From the human T2T-CHM13v2.0 reference genome, Homo sapiens, in the NCBI RefSeq assembly GCF_009914755.1, contig NC_060929.1: a stretch of 64,000 nucleotides of DNA. One strand, written 5' to 3'. The notes beneath the pieces were generated by a model, which made no database searches, was not told where the DNA came from, and saw nothing but the letters and a program-made list of their open reading frames with translations. Of the stretch, positions 1-15,087 are shown one piece after another (within the stretch, counting starts at the first letter, position 1; every line of letters begins with the position of its first letter). A program made the position numbers and the translations under genes.

Positions 1-734
1 TTCCATAGCCTTGACAAAACTTCTTTTTAATTTTAGACATTCTGGTGGGTGTGTAGATAAATAGGATTTTTAAATGATTAAGAGACAAATGACCCTGAAA
101 TCATGCACACATACACACAAATACCTAACTCAGAATTAATAGTGCTTTTTAGAACCAAGCAAAATCAGATGTTTGTAAACAAAGCATTTAGCACAAGGAC
201 AGCAAAATTTGTGGCAACTTATAATATTTTGAAGTAATTAAGGGTTTGAAATTATTTTTCTCCCTGAAACAAGCTGTAAGCCTCCAAGGACTTGCTGAGG
301 AATCCCAGCTTCGAGCTCTGGCAAAGAGCTTCACAGGCCAAGGAGAGCAGTATTCACATTGCACAAACTAAGCACTAAAGCCTTCGGTTTCCCCAGTAAC
401 ACACAAAATCAAACTTCCCAGTCACTGCTGCAAATGAGAATATTCTACATTTTATGCTTTTACAAGAGGAGAAACACACCACACTACAGAGAGACTGACT
501 GGCATGGGGCATTGATGCCATTGAATCCCCGTCCCTTTGCTTTGAGTTAGTTTGCACATGACAAAACCTTTTGATAAGAGATACTCACACGTCCCCCCAA
601 ATTTCAAGGAAAACTGTGTTTCAGAGAGATGTCCCGCACTAATGCAGGGGGTGTTTCCTTGACCCCAGTTTAACAAGCCCGGTCCTGGCACATCCCTTCT
701 GGGGCTTCACTGTAAACAGCAGCTTGACAGAGCA

Positions 735-900
735 AATGGTTTTAGAGCCAAAGGGACACATTTGAAATTGGCTCTGCATACTACCTGTGTGGCTTGGGCA
801 AGTTTCTTAACCTCTTAAACCTCAGCTTCCTTGCCTGTTCCAAGCAATGAGGATACCTCCCCTTGTGCAAGAGTGCCATCATGATTAGACTGCAGATGTC
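735..900 (+). mobile_element. MIR fragment (degenerate)
   Basis: MIR core-like motif 'tgtggcttgggcaagtttcttaacctct...ctcagcttccttgcctgt'; boundaries approximate. Confidence 0.55.
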
Positions 901-2177
901 ATGCTGCCAGCATGTGGGAATACACGTAAGAGATGGCTGTGGAGCAAAGTTCATCCCCTTGGCTGCCTACCGGAGAGAATGCCAAACCACAGACCCACTC
1001 ATTCTGTATCTATTCTCCCAATGAGCTCAACTAAGTATTAAGGAAATAATTTTAGAATAATTTCTACTGAAATGACTGGTAAGTGTAGGGTCCACAAGAA
1101 AATTCTGATTCTAGGAGAATTTTCATCCAAGTGAATCATTAGTTGTACAGTGGGGTATCTGGAAGAGGTACGTGGATAATCAGAGTCAGCTTCAGTGAAA
1201 ACCCAGCACCGCTGGGGTGTGACAGGGGAAGGTCTGCTGGCACTGCTCTCGGCACAGAGCATCATTAAGTCGGTCCCACAATAGGGTTCCTGACGGCAGA
1301 TGCTGCTGCAGCCAGGAAGAGTCTCTGCTTGTAGAGCAAGGAGTTATCTCCATGCTGGGTTGCTAGCCATAGGCATGCAGAGAGCCCAGCAAAGGCAGGT
1401 GAGCCAGTCTGGGGGTGTGTTCAGCTCAAAATGCCAAATTATACTTGAAGAAGAATGGCCCAGAGCCACCTCAGCAGATGGAATTGGTACCTGTCATCCC
1501 TGCTTCTCCCTGTACCTAGTGGCTGGCGTACATTTCCATCCCCAAAGCAGGATGTGCATGTGCACCTGCTGGCCTTGGGCTTTATCTGGCTCCACTCTAG
1601 ACAGAACACAAAACCCATGTTGACATCGCAGGAGCTCCACGAGCCAATCGGCTGGCCCGAGGGGCAGAGGATACGCAAGAAAGGCTTTTTGTTGTGTTTT
1701 GTTTGTTTTTTGTTTTGTTTTTAAATAACATAGGGAGCCATGGGACACAGCTTCTAAAGGAGAGAGGCGTTTTGATTCAGAAAGAAAAGCTAAGCACTTA
1801 AAAATCACTTGTTTTTGTGTTAAAGCTATTTGAAAGAACAATTTGCAAGGCAAAAGTTTTATTCATTTGGTATCATATAAAAAATTCACACTATATCAGT
1901 AAGTAGCTGTATAGCAAATGGTCTTTATCCCTGAAGAAAACATGAAACATGGGAAATAAAAATGTCCCATAATTATGGGATAAATGAGTCACAGCCCTTA
2001 GTCACATTTTGACAAGGATATCACACAGGTTGGTCATGTAATTGTTTCCATAATTATGTGGAATGGACTGAGCAGAAGAGTTGGTAGAAAATCCTATTTT
2101 CACGCTTCAGTTTTATGTGATGATTTTTCAGTGGTTCAGTCAAGCTGAAACCTTTTACCTGTATCTGTCATACAGGG

Positions 2178-2598
2178 TGTTCTGCAGCGGACAGGCCTAT
2201 GCAGACCTACCCCCCAAAGTCTGAGGAAGCTGAGAGGCCAAAGAAAGAGACTGACAACTCTAGTTGTCAGAAAGGAACATTAATAAGAACTTAAGAACAG
2301 AAGCCCTGTCTGTGTCTCTGGCAGCAGTGAGACAAGATGGTAGATCTGTGCACCATTACCCCCAGACCCAGGGCTTATATACCATACAGAAAGGGTGATT
2401 CAGAGGGATGTGTAGGACAACTGAAGTATGATAACATCAAGGTTGTTTGACCTAATGGCAGTATTTACAGTAGGTATGTGCTTTTACCCAAGGAACAATA
2501 GATAATTTGGGAATCTTTGAGGCCTTCTCAGAACTGAGGTTATTCAGAAGACAGCATGGCAGATTAGCATCCAAGATGGAGTTGCTTTGGCCTCCACA
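2178..2598 (-). mobile_element. 3' LTR of the provirus
   Basis: Minus strand begins TGTGGAGGCCAAAGCAACTCCATCTTGGATGCTAATC and ends in CA; homologous to 9163-9610. Confidence 0.85.
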
Positions 2599-3037
2599 CT
2601 CCAGCCTCCCAAAACCAGCTCTTAAAATCTCATGCACTCTTCCTCTTCTATGATGGTCTCTTAGCCTGTAGGGAGGGTGGCTATAGCTTTAGTAGCAGTA
2701 CATTGGCAATGGAAAACAGCTCAGGCCCAGTGGGATTCCAAATGAGGGAGGTTCACAGGCTGTTGGAATCATCTCTAGTCTTAGGAATACCATGACTTCA
2801 GTTTTCTCAGAAGAAGTAAGACAATGAGAGATACTTAACATTAATAATTTGAATAGTAGAAATATAATGACACTTGAAAGAGAATTCGTATGCCAGAACA
2901 ACAACAACAAAAAAAGCCTATTAGCCAACTAGAAGAACATTAAAACTTGGTTCTTCTTTAGAGACTTGTAGCCAGGAAGTAATTCAGGTTTAGCCCAAAT
3001 TGTAGGCAAATAATAAAAACTCAAGAACAGTATTTCA

Positions 3038-3353
3038 GGTCCAGTTACAGTGGCTCACGCCTGTAATCCCAGCACTTTGGGAGGCTGAAGAGGGCAGATT
3101 GCTTCAGCTCAGGAGTTGGAGACTAGCTTGGCCAACATGGGAAAACCCTGTCTCTACTAAAAATACAAAAATTAGCTGGGTGTGGTGGCACATGCCTGTA
3201 ATCCCAGCTACTCGGGTGGCTGAGGCCTGAGAATAGTTTGGACCCGGGAGGCAGAAGTTGCAGTGAGCCAAGTTTGCACCCACTGCTCTCCAGCCTGGAC
3301 GACAGAGTGAGACTGTCTCCAAAAAAAAAAAAGAAAGAAAGAAAAAGAAAAAG
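3038..3353 (+). mobile_element. Alu (AluS/J-like) inside the provirus
   Basis: Dimeric Alu sequence with A/GAAA tail. Confidence 0.95.
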
Positions 3354-4917
3354 AGTGGTTAGGACTAGAATCTAAGTTTTTCTCTCTCCAGTTTCCCCAT
3401 TTCTACCAAGGATAAATTATAGTACCTTGCTATTTCAGGAATAATGAAAAATAAAAAATAAAAAAATTACAGGACCAATTTATTTGCTTTAGTTGCAAAA
3501 TAAATTTTAGTCTCACTATACTTGGCCTAATTATTTGCTTAAAGTGTAGCAAGAATAGTTATTAGTCATATAGGCTTCTTTTCAATTGGCTTTGCTGGAA
3601 CTTTATAAGGAATTTTGGATTTGACATTTTAAAAGCCTTGAGACTAAGGATTCCCCATTAGACTATGCTTGTAATACCTATACATAGGTACTATACCTGT
3701 AGAAATTCCTCTCTTCTTTAGTTCCCAAAATATCTTGGTTCCTGGGCCTGTCAGAAAGTGATATTCTTTACTTACCAGAGGCCGGGAACCTTGTAAGGAA
3801 CCATTTAGACAACGTACCAAGTTAGTCTTTCCAAAGGACTTTTTATCGGCTCTATAAAGTCAATGTCAATTCCTCAAAGCAGTCTGGTTATATCTGAAAA
3901 TACATGATTCTAGTCAAAGCCTTGGTGAAATAACCAGTGTTTCCAATTGTGTCCTGTTACAAAACAAAACAGATTCTTACTGAATTTATGCAAACAACTA
4001 CATTGCCATAAAGTAAGAATACTCATGAAAAGTTTCCAAATTCTGGAGAACTCAGGTAGAGGGAAGAAGTAAATTTTGCTCACAAAAGTATCCTTTACAA
4101 TCAGAGTAGCAGTCTTCCAAACAGGATGTTGCCCGTTCATCATGGAACGGCCATCCACAAACCAAGCAGCTCTTAGTCAGGTGAGGGAGCTGTTTGTCAG
4201 GCACTGTAGAATCCAGCAGCTCCTCACACAGTTTCAGAGTCAGTCCTAGGGAAAAAAGAGGCTCTCTGCTCATGAGTATCTCCTCCTCGCACTCTTCAGG
4301 TAGCAAGATCCTATATAAACCATTTCCATTTTATCATGGGACTCTTTTTGGGCACTGTGATCCCCATCAGAGTGTTTCTCTGACATTACCCCCATATGCC
4401 CTAGTAAATGATTCACTAAGGGCTGTCAAGTGAAGAATTTATCCCTACAAGCACTCTGGCATGCTACATTCTGTGGGCTCGGGCAGTCTTATTCCCATTT
4501 AGCATATCCAATTAATATTGCTCAAAGGGCAGATTTGCATGCCTTCTCTTCTGTAGTACTAGGTAGGAAAAATGTTTCAGCAGTCAGATATAATATCCAT
4601 TTTCATAAAACATTTAAGGAAAAGAGATATAACTATTTCACATAAAGACTATTTAAACATTTCAACTTTCATAATTCCATCAGCCCTTACATTTTTATGT
4701 TCTGCTTCCAGGAACTTCTCTTTTGCACCCCTAGACCATTTTACCCTCTTGTCAAAAAGGCTTTGGCTTTGCAGCAGGGGATTGAGCCAAGGGACCTGGG
4801 CACTTTGGTCAATGTGTCTTGATTAATTACCTCAACATTGCCCCAGGCAATTGTTGATCACCTTTCTCATTTTAATCTTTACCTTTTGATTTTTCAAAAA
4901 AATATTTTCCAATCTAG

Positions 4918-5340
<423 letters not shown>

Positions 5341-5349
5341 AATTCAATT

Positions 5350-5654
5350 TATTTTTTATTTATTTATTTTTTTGAGACGGAGTCTCCCTCTGTCGCCCAG
5401 GCCAGAGTGCAGTGGTGCTATCTTGGCTCACTGCAAGCTCCGCCTCCCGGGTTCACGCTATTCTCCTGCCTAAGCCTCTCCAGTAGCTGGGACTACAGGC
5501 GCCCGCCACCGCTCCCGGCTAATTTTTTGTGTTTTTAGTAGAGATGGGGTTTCACCGTGTTAGCCAGGATGGTCTCGATCTCCTGACCTCGTGATCCGCC
5601 CGCCTCGGCCTTTCAAAGTGCTGGGATTACAGGCGTGAGCCACCGCGCCCGACC
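5350..5654 (-). mobile_element. AluY-like, tandem with the previous Alu
   Basis: CpG-rich full-length Alu with Y-type motifs and a TTTA tail. Confidence 0.93.
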
Positions 5655-6084
5655 TTCAGTTTCTTAATAACCAAGATTTCCACCCTGCTGGGACAAATTC
5701 CATGACTCTCCCTTTCTGTTTTTCTTAGTTTCAACCCTTTCAATTTTTAAAAATTTACCTTTTAAAATAACTTTTAAAATTTTCACCTCGCTAGGATAAG
5801 TCCTTTGACTCTCCGTTTTGCCATTCCCTATGCTCTTGTTAATTAGCCTAATGTTTTTATTAGCATCTGTAAGACCCATGAGGGGAAGTTGAGACAGCAA
5901 ATTTGAGGCTTCCTGAACTTTTAATTTTTCATCAGTAACGAAGTGCCCACGCAAAAGTCCCTCCTACCCCACCCCCACCCCCTCACCAGACACACACATG
6001 CTTAACCACAGCATTTACCATGACCTGGGTAATAGGCATATTGATGGGGTGGCTATCCCTGTCATAAAGCCAGTTCCACATGGC

Positions 6085-6297
6085 TTATAGACAAAGCATA
6101 TCAGCTGCTTCATCTGGGGTGCTCCACGTAGCATTGGGGCCGACCCCATTCTCAGGGTAAACAGATCTGACAGAGGCTTTTATCCAGTCCACCAGGCTGG
6201 CTGTTCCCTCAGGAATAACCTCCCATGTGTCTGGATCACATATAGCCATCTGTGATTGTTCAGTAGTGAGCTGGGGATCGTGCATCAACCCAAACAT
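6085..6297 (-). pseudogene. Gag-like remnant of the provirus
   Basis: ORF 'SLVDWIKASVRSVYP...WSTPDEAADML' resembles ERVL-type gag spacing by eye; same orientation as the LTRs. Confidence 0.45.
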
Positions 6298-7261
6298 GTT
6301 TTACCACTCTGCAGCATTTAAAACCAAAGACACTGCTCCAAATTAGCTACTTTCACAATTCAACAAAAGGTTTTATCCAGGGAGCTGATGATGCCTATCT
6401 ACAAAAGGGAACAATTCCTTCACACAGTACCCTCTGGTTTCAGCAGTTACTTGGGTTTTGCCCTTCCCCCACATTGACTACCTTCTTGGCAACCACAGGT
6501 CTCAGAGGTACTTTCTGTTGCCCTGTCATTATTTTCCCCTTTGTAGATAGCTTTGAGGCTAATGATCTGAGCTCAGACAGACCCACATTTGAGCTTGGTG
6601 CAGCCTCAAGGCCCAATCTGGCACTCTTATTTTAGCTTTTATAGAAAATAACCAAGGTACTGAATATTTCACTTTTCCTTATTGGTTTGCATTTACTTAT
6701 GTATCCAGTGAACAACTCCTTAGGAGTTGGATTTTTCTCTAAATTCCACTGGTAACTCTTACCTTTTAGTAACTGAGCACAGCACAGCTACAGCTCCATA
6801 CCATAGGTGACCACGTGGCCGCCCAGGAATCAATCAAAAGTTCCTCATTCTCTATCCTTTTATCCTTTCCCTTTCTATCCATCTAGTTTTATCTGTATCA
6901 TTTTTCATTCATTTTAAAACAACCTTTAAATAGCCTCTAAACTATGTGGTTACTCTTCCTTTAGGCAAAAACCTCATCTTCATGTTTTTAATAAACTTCT
7001 TTATCAAAACACATCTTTCTTTCTTCACTTTCATGTAGAATTGTTTCTCTTATATTTAGTAGTTTTAATTACATATATTAACTACTACTTTAACTCTTAG
7101 TAACCCTAATTTCCATGGAAAAACCTAGGATTACTTAATTTAACATAACAGATTTTAAGATTTCAAATTACTGAAAAGAACTTTGAAACTAGTTTTATTT
7201 GAAAGATTACTAAAGTTAGGTGAACTAAAAGGCATTTGAGTTGGTTTCTATATTTCCGATA

Positions 7262-7594
<333 letters not shown>

Positions 7595-8583
7595 AGAACT
7601 TACTTTTTCTTTAAGCCAAATTAGAGCTCTGTCATATATTTTGGTAATGATGTATCACATATATAACATACTAAATATATATAGACATACACACAAACAG
7701 AAGCAGCTCTTATAGACTTATAAGATTCTTCATTTGCCAGTTCTCAAATAGCTTCTCTCCCACCTTTACACAACCCACCCAAAGACATGACTCAGATGAA
7801 ACAAGGTGGAGAAGATCTACATCTCTAAGGCACAGAACTTAGACCTAAACAGCATTATCTGGAAACAAGATTGCCAGGAAAAATGTCTTCTCTTCAACTT
7901 AGCTTGTTTCTTACATTACTGGCTTCAAGGTGTCAGTATATTCTTATATTACTGGCTTTAAGGAACAGGGCCAAGAAAGCATGGAAGTTTTAGGGCCTAA
8001 ACCACACAATTCTTATCCAAACATGCCAAGAAATGAGTAGCCCTTATAGTAGTAACCACTTGCTTTAACAACTGCTGTCGGCCACCTCTAACAATATAGC
8101 TGTTGCCCGTGACTGCTAGCCATTAGGTACAAGGTCAGCAACTCTCACAGTAAAAAGTAATCTCTGTACCCCACCCCCCGCCTCCCCACACACTAACCAG
8201 AGATGAGATAACACAATACAAAAGAGTGCAGTTTTAGACCTGAGTAGAATCTGTCTGCTTACTACCCTTGGGTTTCATGAGGAAAAAGAGATTCTTCCCT
8301 AAAAGAGGAGTCTTTGATGCCGTCTGTTTTCCCCAAGGGATCCCAGGCTGTTGGAAATTCCTTTTTTTAGATCCCTCGTGTGGCAAGAAGTAGTAGGAAC
8401 AGACAGAAGTAAATGGAGAAACAGAATTTGGTCAGAAGTTTTACAGAGAGTGCAGAGGCCTTAATACATATGTAAACATATACAGCCCAAATTTCAGTTT
8501 TAACTAAGTTTACTTTTGACTGTAGGGCCCTTAAAAAAAAAAAACCTTTTTCCTAATTGTAATTCCTAATCAAGCTGTTTTAC

Positions 8584-8885
8584 TTTTTTTTTTTTTTTTT
8601 TTTTGAAATGGAGTCTCACTCTGTTGCCCAGGCTGGAGTGCAGTGGCACAATCTCTGCTCACTGCAACCTCTGCCTCCTGGATTCAAGCAATTCTCCTGC
8701 CTCAGCCTCCTGAGCAAGCTGGGACTACAGGCGCCCGCCACCCCACCCAGCTAATATTATATTTTTAGTAGAGAGGGGGTTTCACCATGTTGGCTAGGCT
8801 GGTCTTGAACTCCTGACCTGAAGTGATCACCCGCTTTGGCCTCCCAAAGTGCTGGGATTACAGGAGTGAGCCACGGCGCCCGACC
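8584..8885 (-). mobile_element. AluS-like
   Basis: Full-length Alu with TSD gctgttttactttt at 8574-8587 and 8887-8900. Confidence 0.95.
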
Positions 8886-9141
8886 GGCTGTTTTACTTTT
8901 GTGTCTGCTGCTGGCTGGCTCCCGCTAAGACACAGTCATCTTACCGCACTGGCTGCCTGCTGCCCTTCCGGGCCACAGTGTGATGGTTGGCGCTCAGTTC
9001 ACCGTCACTCTAAACCCGCTGGCATTTGGGGTCATCCCCACACTCACGGGGTGGTCCACAATCATCTGAAGTGTGAGCCACACCATTCCACATAGAAGTG
9101 GCTGCCCACCACAAGATTTCCTCCATTTTTTGGTCTCTCAG

Positions 9142-9160
9142 CTCCTGGCCTGGCTTACCA
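9142..9160 (-). other. Primer binding site, tRNA-Arg-like
   Basis: Minus strand TGGTAAGCCAGGCCAGGAG next to the 5' LTR, versus the Arg PBS TGGCGAGCCAGCCAGGAG. Confidence 0.65.
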
Positions 9161-9162
9161 CA

Positions 9163-9610
9163 CGTCAGAGTGGGCAGGCCTGTGCACACCTACCCCAAAG
9201 TCCGAGGAAGCTGAGAGGCCAAAGAAAGAGGCTGATGAATCCCGTTCCTCGGAATGAAACATCTAATAGGAACTTATGAACAGAAGCCACGTCTGTGCCT
9301 TGGATGGTGGCAAGACAAGATAACGGATCCCTGTTCCATTACCCACAGACCCAGCACTTACATACCAGAGGAAAGGAATGTGTAGGACACTTGCAGAGAA
9401 AGGCAAGAATGCTATGTGAATCTGCCTAAGGGCAGGATTTATGGTCAAGGTTGTTTTGATGTAAGGGCAGGATTTACGGTAAGTACATGCTCTTCTTACA
9501 CAAGGAACAGTAGATAAAATAGTAATATTGGAGGCCATCCCGGAACTGGGGTTAATCAGAAGTCAACATGGTGGATTAGCATCCAACATGGAGTTGCTTT
9601 GGCCTCCGCA
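9163..9610 (-). mobile_element. 5' LTR of the provirus
   Basis: Shares 'cctaccccaaagtc.gaggaagctgagaggccaaagaaagag' and 'atggagttgctttggcctcc.ca' with 2178-2598. Confidence 0.85.
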
Positions 9611-10512
9611 GACAGGGTTTCTGGCTATTACAGTTGATGTTGCTAAGCCATATTAATCTGCCTCTGCAGATGTCCTACACACTCATCTGTCTTATTTTTC
9701 AAGTTAACCTACCCCATTCATTGAGTGGCTACAAAGATTTAATGGTCTGAGCACTTGAAAGTAGGTGGATTTAGCAGTGAAGCCGCATGATTATAAGTTT
9801 AATAGAACTAAATGTGCCCCACTAACAGTGTTGGGGTCAGTTATAAAACAAGAAATGCAGGATCCCAAAGAAAGCACACTTATTATTTCTAGTGCTAATG
9901 ACTTCCTTTTGTCATTTGACAGACATTTATTGAGCATTAGCACAAAACCATTAACAACAAAAAAAATTGATAATGAGAAAGAATAGGTGGAAAACTGCAT
10001 CTAAAGTTCAGATCTCATCGTGAGAAAACATTTTATAAATTGTCTATAATTGAGCATTTGAAGAGCTTTGTAGGAAATGTTTTTAACTCCTAGGCTTAAA
10101 TTCAGATTATTCTGTAGCACAGAAAAATTTTATAACGTATCTGAAACAAACAGGTTATATGTTAGCCTTATAAATAACTTAAATTTAGTTATATCTTTTA
10201 TCTTTCTGCATTTCTGTAGGCTGTCAAAATGAGACAGTAGCTGACTGGAGAAGTAGATGTCCTGTCTAGAGAGTATGTGCCTTGGGTACCTTCCTGCTCT
10301 CAGGCTCAGCCATTCTATAAGTGTCTGAAAGTAACAGAGCCTTTGGATTAGTACCACTTGGTGTATGTCTTTCATCTGTTCATATTATATGTGCAGCTTC
10401 TTGCTTTCTTCAAGTCTTCAGAGCTTTTTAACTAAATTGTTTGATGAGAAATATAGCAAATGGCATATTTAAAATCTTTCTCTTGTTTTATCAAACTTTT
10501 GAACGACTTTAG

Positions 10513-10555
10513 ATTCACAAGATTCATCGTGATTCAGGAGACAATTCTCAGACAG
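10513..10555 (+). CDS. PDE8B: PDE8B coding exon (probably exon 11), IHKIHRDSGDNSQT
   Basis: tttag|ATT...ACAG|gtgag, 43 nt; matches the recalled PDE8B protein; phase continues into the next exon. Confidence 0.93.
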
Positions 10556-12493
10556 GTGAGAATACTTCAATTGAACTCTAACATACTTAGGAGGCAGCTG
10601 TGGGTTCAAATGTATACATTTCTCTGAAGAAGTCTAAGTTGACATCTACTACCCCAGAATGTGGAGTGCTAAAATCCACGTGCTCATATCACAAGGTTGG
10701 CAAGCCAGAAGAAAAGCAGAAATCCCTTAAAATGTCCTTGAATCTTCCTTTATGGCAACCTTATCATACTGAACGCCCTCCCCATCTTGTTTTTCTTTTC
10801 TTGGCTAGATACCATGTAGGACAGATAAACCCAAGAGAGTGGGCCGAAAGTCTAGGGGAGACACTGGTTGAATATGACACAGGTGACAATATGGTAGTTG
10901 CTCAACCGTGTCCAGTCTCCCTTTTCTTTGCACTAATTGGTGACTGTACAGTTGGAAAATGTGGCTAGGTCCTGGCCTGGGAGGCAGAAGCACCAAGTTC
11001 CTATTTCAGTTTCCTACTCGCTCATTTCATATGTTGGGCAAGACTCTGCTTGGTTCTTGGCTTCCTCCATAAAAAGAGGAGCTGGACCTGATGACTTCTA
11101 CAAGTGGAAAGGTCTGGAATTCTCTGACCATTAGAGGGGAAAAAAAATCAGTCTGCTACCAAGAAGTTAAGATTTTTGTGCCTGCAAGAATTGCAACATT
11201 CTTTGCCCTGTTGGTGGCTTTCCCAGCCACTAATGCATGATGTCAGACCCTAGGCTAAGTGTTTAGTCTCTCTTCTTGGTGAGGTGGATCATATCTAGCA
11301 TACTTAGAAAGATGTCATTTGCTCTTTCTAAGCTTCAAATTTTTTCATTTGTAAAATGAATTAACAAAAGCCCATCTCATTGTTAATGAGGATTAAAGAA
11401 GGAAATGTATAATGCTTAGCAGTAACTGGCATTTAACTTGTACCTTCCTTCCCCCTTTCTGAAAACTTTCTAGACATGAACAGGCTGGGATAACATAATG
11501 ACACTTCACACACAGGTGCATTTTCTCTCTCTCCCTCACTCACACACATACATTTTAGTTAATTTCTTGTAACACCTGAGCAGGGGTATTATTTTAACTA
11601 ACTTGGGAGCTTCTGGGTGCCACAAATTGTTCCAAGCATTTTTGTGTCCTTTGCAGTGCCCAGCATTGCCTTGTACATAATAGACACTTTGCAAATACTC
11701 AGCAAATATTGGTAAATTGAAACCATTCCATCTTGGAAGTACAGTTTCCACCATTTATTCTCTTTTTGATCTTGGGCTACCTACAAAATCTCTCCATGCT
11801 TAAATTTCTTATCAGTAAAATGGGGATAGCCCTATGTAGTTTTGAGAATTGTTGTAATGATTGAATGAGACAATTATTTAAAGTACATAGCACAATGCCT
11901 GTCACAAAGTAGGCACTCAGTAAGTGGAGCTATTTTTTTTTTTCAATTGGTGGCACATATTCCTTTTTGCCACAGAGTACAGCTGTTTAAATGTCCTTTA
12001 TCCTTTCTCTGGCTTAAGTTTCTAATTCATGTAAACATCTGTTGAAAGAATGACAATGAATTCTTTAATTATGTGGCCTTACTTTAGCCTTTATTGAAGA
12101 ATAATTTCTCTAAACTTTTAATCACTTCTATTGCTATAGATTCTCTTAATTTTAACTGAGATAAAATGAGGAAGAATAAACATCATCCATCTTTGAATAA
12201 TTTCTAATGAACGACTTAGAATTCAACCAGCTAGCCTGGGCCACAGCCTTGAAGCTAACCTCTCTTTTAGTTTTGTTTAGAAACTACATTTTGAGGAATT
12301 CTTGGTTCTTGAATCTTGAATTTAATCTTAAATTTTTAAGTTAGATTTAACTTATTACTTGGTACACAAATAAATGCTAGGACTGTATATGATTATGAGG
12401 TCCCTGAATAGGCTAAACCAAGTGTCTCACAAGTGAGCAGTATTAGTTTCGTTTCTCAGGGATTCAGAAATGCCATGATCCCAACAATATCAC

Positions 12494-12698
12494 TTAAAGT
12501 ACTATTATTTATAGATAATTGTAAAAATATATATATATAGAAACTTATATGCAAGGATAGGTAAACTACTAAGGTAGAATTTGGAAGATAAAAATTAGGA
12601 AAAGAGATAGTATAATAAATATTTTAAGTTAGATTATTTAAGATAAGGTGCTATAGCTATGGTGTTCAGATTAACTTTATAATAGTTCCGCTTTCACT
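12494..12698 (+). repeat. Copy 1 of a ~200-bp AT-rich dispersed direct duplication
   Basis: Aligns end to end with 13842-14031. Confidence 0.9.
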
Positions 12699-12909
12699 TC
12701 ATGTTGTATAAAAATAATTCAGTTTTAATTTTTGATTTAATAATTTTTTTAGTTGAATCAGGTTTTTAGGACACTAAAGTAAATGGTTAAGAAGGTGGTC
12801 TAGAAAAGTGTCTAAGACATTATAAAGTGAAAACAGTAAGTAGTAGAACAATGTAACATGATCACATGTGTCTAAAGACATATATGCAAATGAACGGATG
12901 TAATTAATA

Positions 12910-13155
12910 GCCCCCATATACTACATGCTCACTATGTGGCAGACACTGTTCTAAATGCTATGCATATATTAACTCACTTATTTCTCAAAACAGCCTATAA
13001 ATGAGATGCTATCATTACCCCCACTTCATAGACAAGGATAATGAGACCCAGAGAAGTTAAGTAACATTTCCAAGATTACACAGCTGCTGAGTGGCACAGT
13101 AGAAATTTGAATCTTGACGATTTGGCTCTGGACCTGGTTTCCTTAACTACTAGGC
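12910..13155 (-). mobile_element. MIR
   Basis: 'tgagacccagagaagttaagtaacatttccaagattacacagct' MIR core. Confidence 0.75.
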
Positions 13156-13841
13156 TTCTTGCACCTGCTGTCACTAGGCAATTCTTAAAGAAGTGTTATT
13201 GCATCTTTTTTTTATTCTTGGAATATGATCACTTATTGGCATCTGAGAAGCGCATTCTTCCTGCTGAAATTTGCATGTCTGCCTCCTCTCTTAGCCTAGT
13301 GAGGAGTAATCTGTGTTATGGTTAAATTTCTCTACTCGCTTATGAGTTACTCTCACAGAAGCAAATGCGCTGAAAATGTGTGTTTCTGAAGCCAACACTG
13401 CTGCCTTGTCATTTTTTATATCTCGGCGCTCACTGGTGGCATATGCTTTTTGTTAGTTTTTACATTAACATGACCGTGCGTTTTCAGTGTTAAATTCAAG
13501 TCTGCAAAGATTTAGGCCAAAATTCTTTAAATGTTTGCCTGCCCCCACCACCCTGGAAAATAGGGACAAGGGTGAAGGTTTAGTTATTGAAATGTTGGGG
13601 GAATCTAAAACTGTTTTCTTCCTTTCCTGTGATCAGCAGTATGCATCATTTGATGAAATCCATCCTTAAAGAGAATCTAGAAGCCCATCTAGAGGTCTGA
13701 CTTTTCAGAGGTGCCAAAATTCGTCTGAATTAATCTCGTAATTTAAATCTCTATAAGTTTCATTAGTATTATATTTCCTCAAATATCCCCATTTAAAAGC
13801 CTTCCCTATCCAGTTGAATATATTGTCTTTCAAGTAAAGAT

Positions 13842-14031
13842 TTAAAGTACTATTATTTATAGATAATTTTAAAAATATATATTGAAACTTTTATGCATGA
13901 TAGGAAAATTACTAAGGAAGATAAAAATTAGGAAAAGAGATAGTATAATAAATATTTTAAGCTAGATTATTTAAGATAAGGTGCTATAGCTATGGTATTC
14001 AGATTAACTTTATAATAGTTCCACCTTTACT
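13842..14031 (+). repeat. Copy 2 of the ~200-bp dispersed direct duplication
   Basis: Aligns with 12494-12698. Confidence 0.9.
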
Positions 14032-14033
14032 AG

Positions 14034-14694
<661 letters not shown>

Positions 14695-14955
14695 TAATGT
14701 TTATTTTCAAAATTACATTCATGTAACTAAATAACCCTTGATACTAAGCTATATTACTATGATATAACATGGCATTATCTTAAAAAACCATCATTTAACT
14801 AATATGACTATAATTTTTGTCTTTCATGATTTGAAAAGAAAGTGGTTGACTGTTTCTTAAAATTATTTTATAGTGCTTAAAAAGTAACCTTGTTTTCTTT
14901 AGAGAATAAAGAAAAAACATGTTTGAATCTCTTCTGTGAATACACGGAAAACTAA

Positions 14956-15087
<132 letters not shown>

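Noticed and set aside
7906-7962. Short tandem duplication ttcttacattactggcttcaagg x2, and similar ones at ~53838-53871 and ~60841-60866
   Set aside because: Two-copy micro-duplications typical of replication slippage; no functional context
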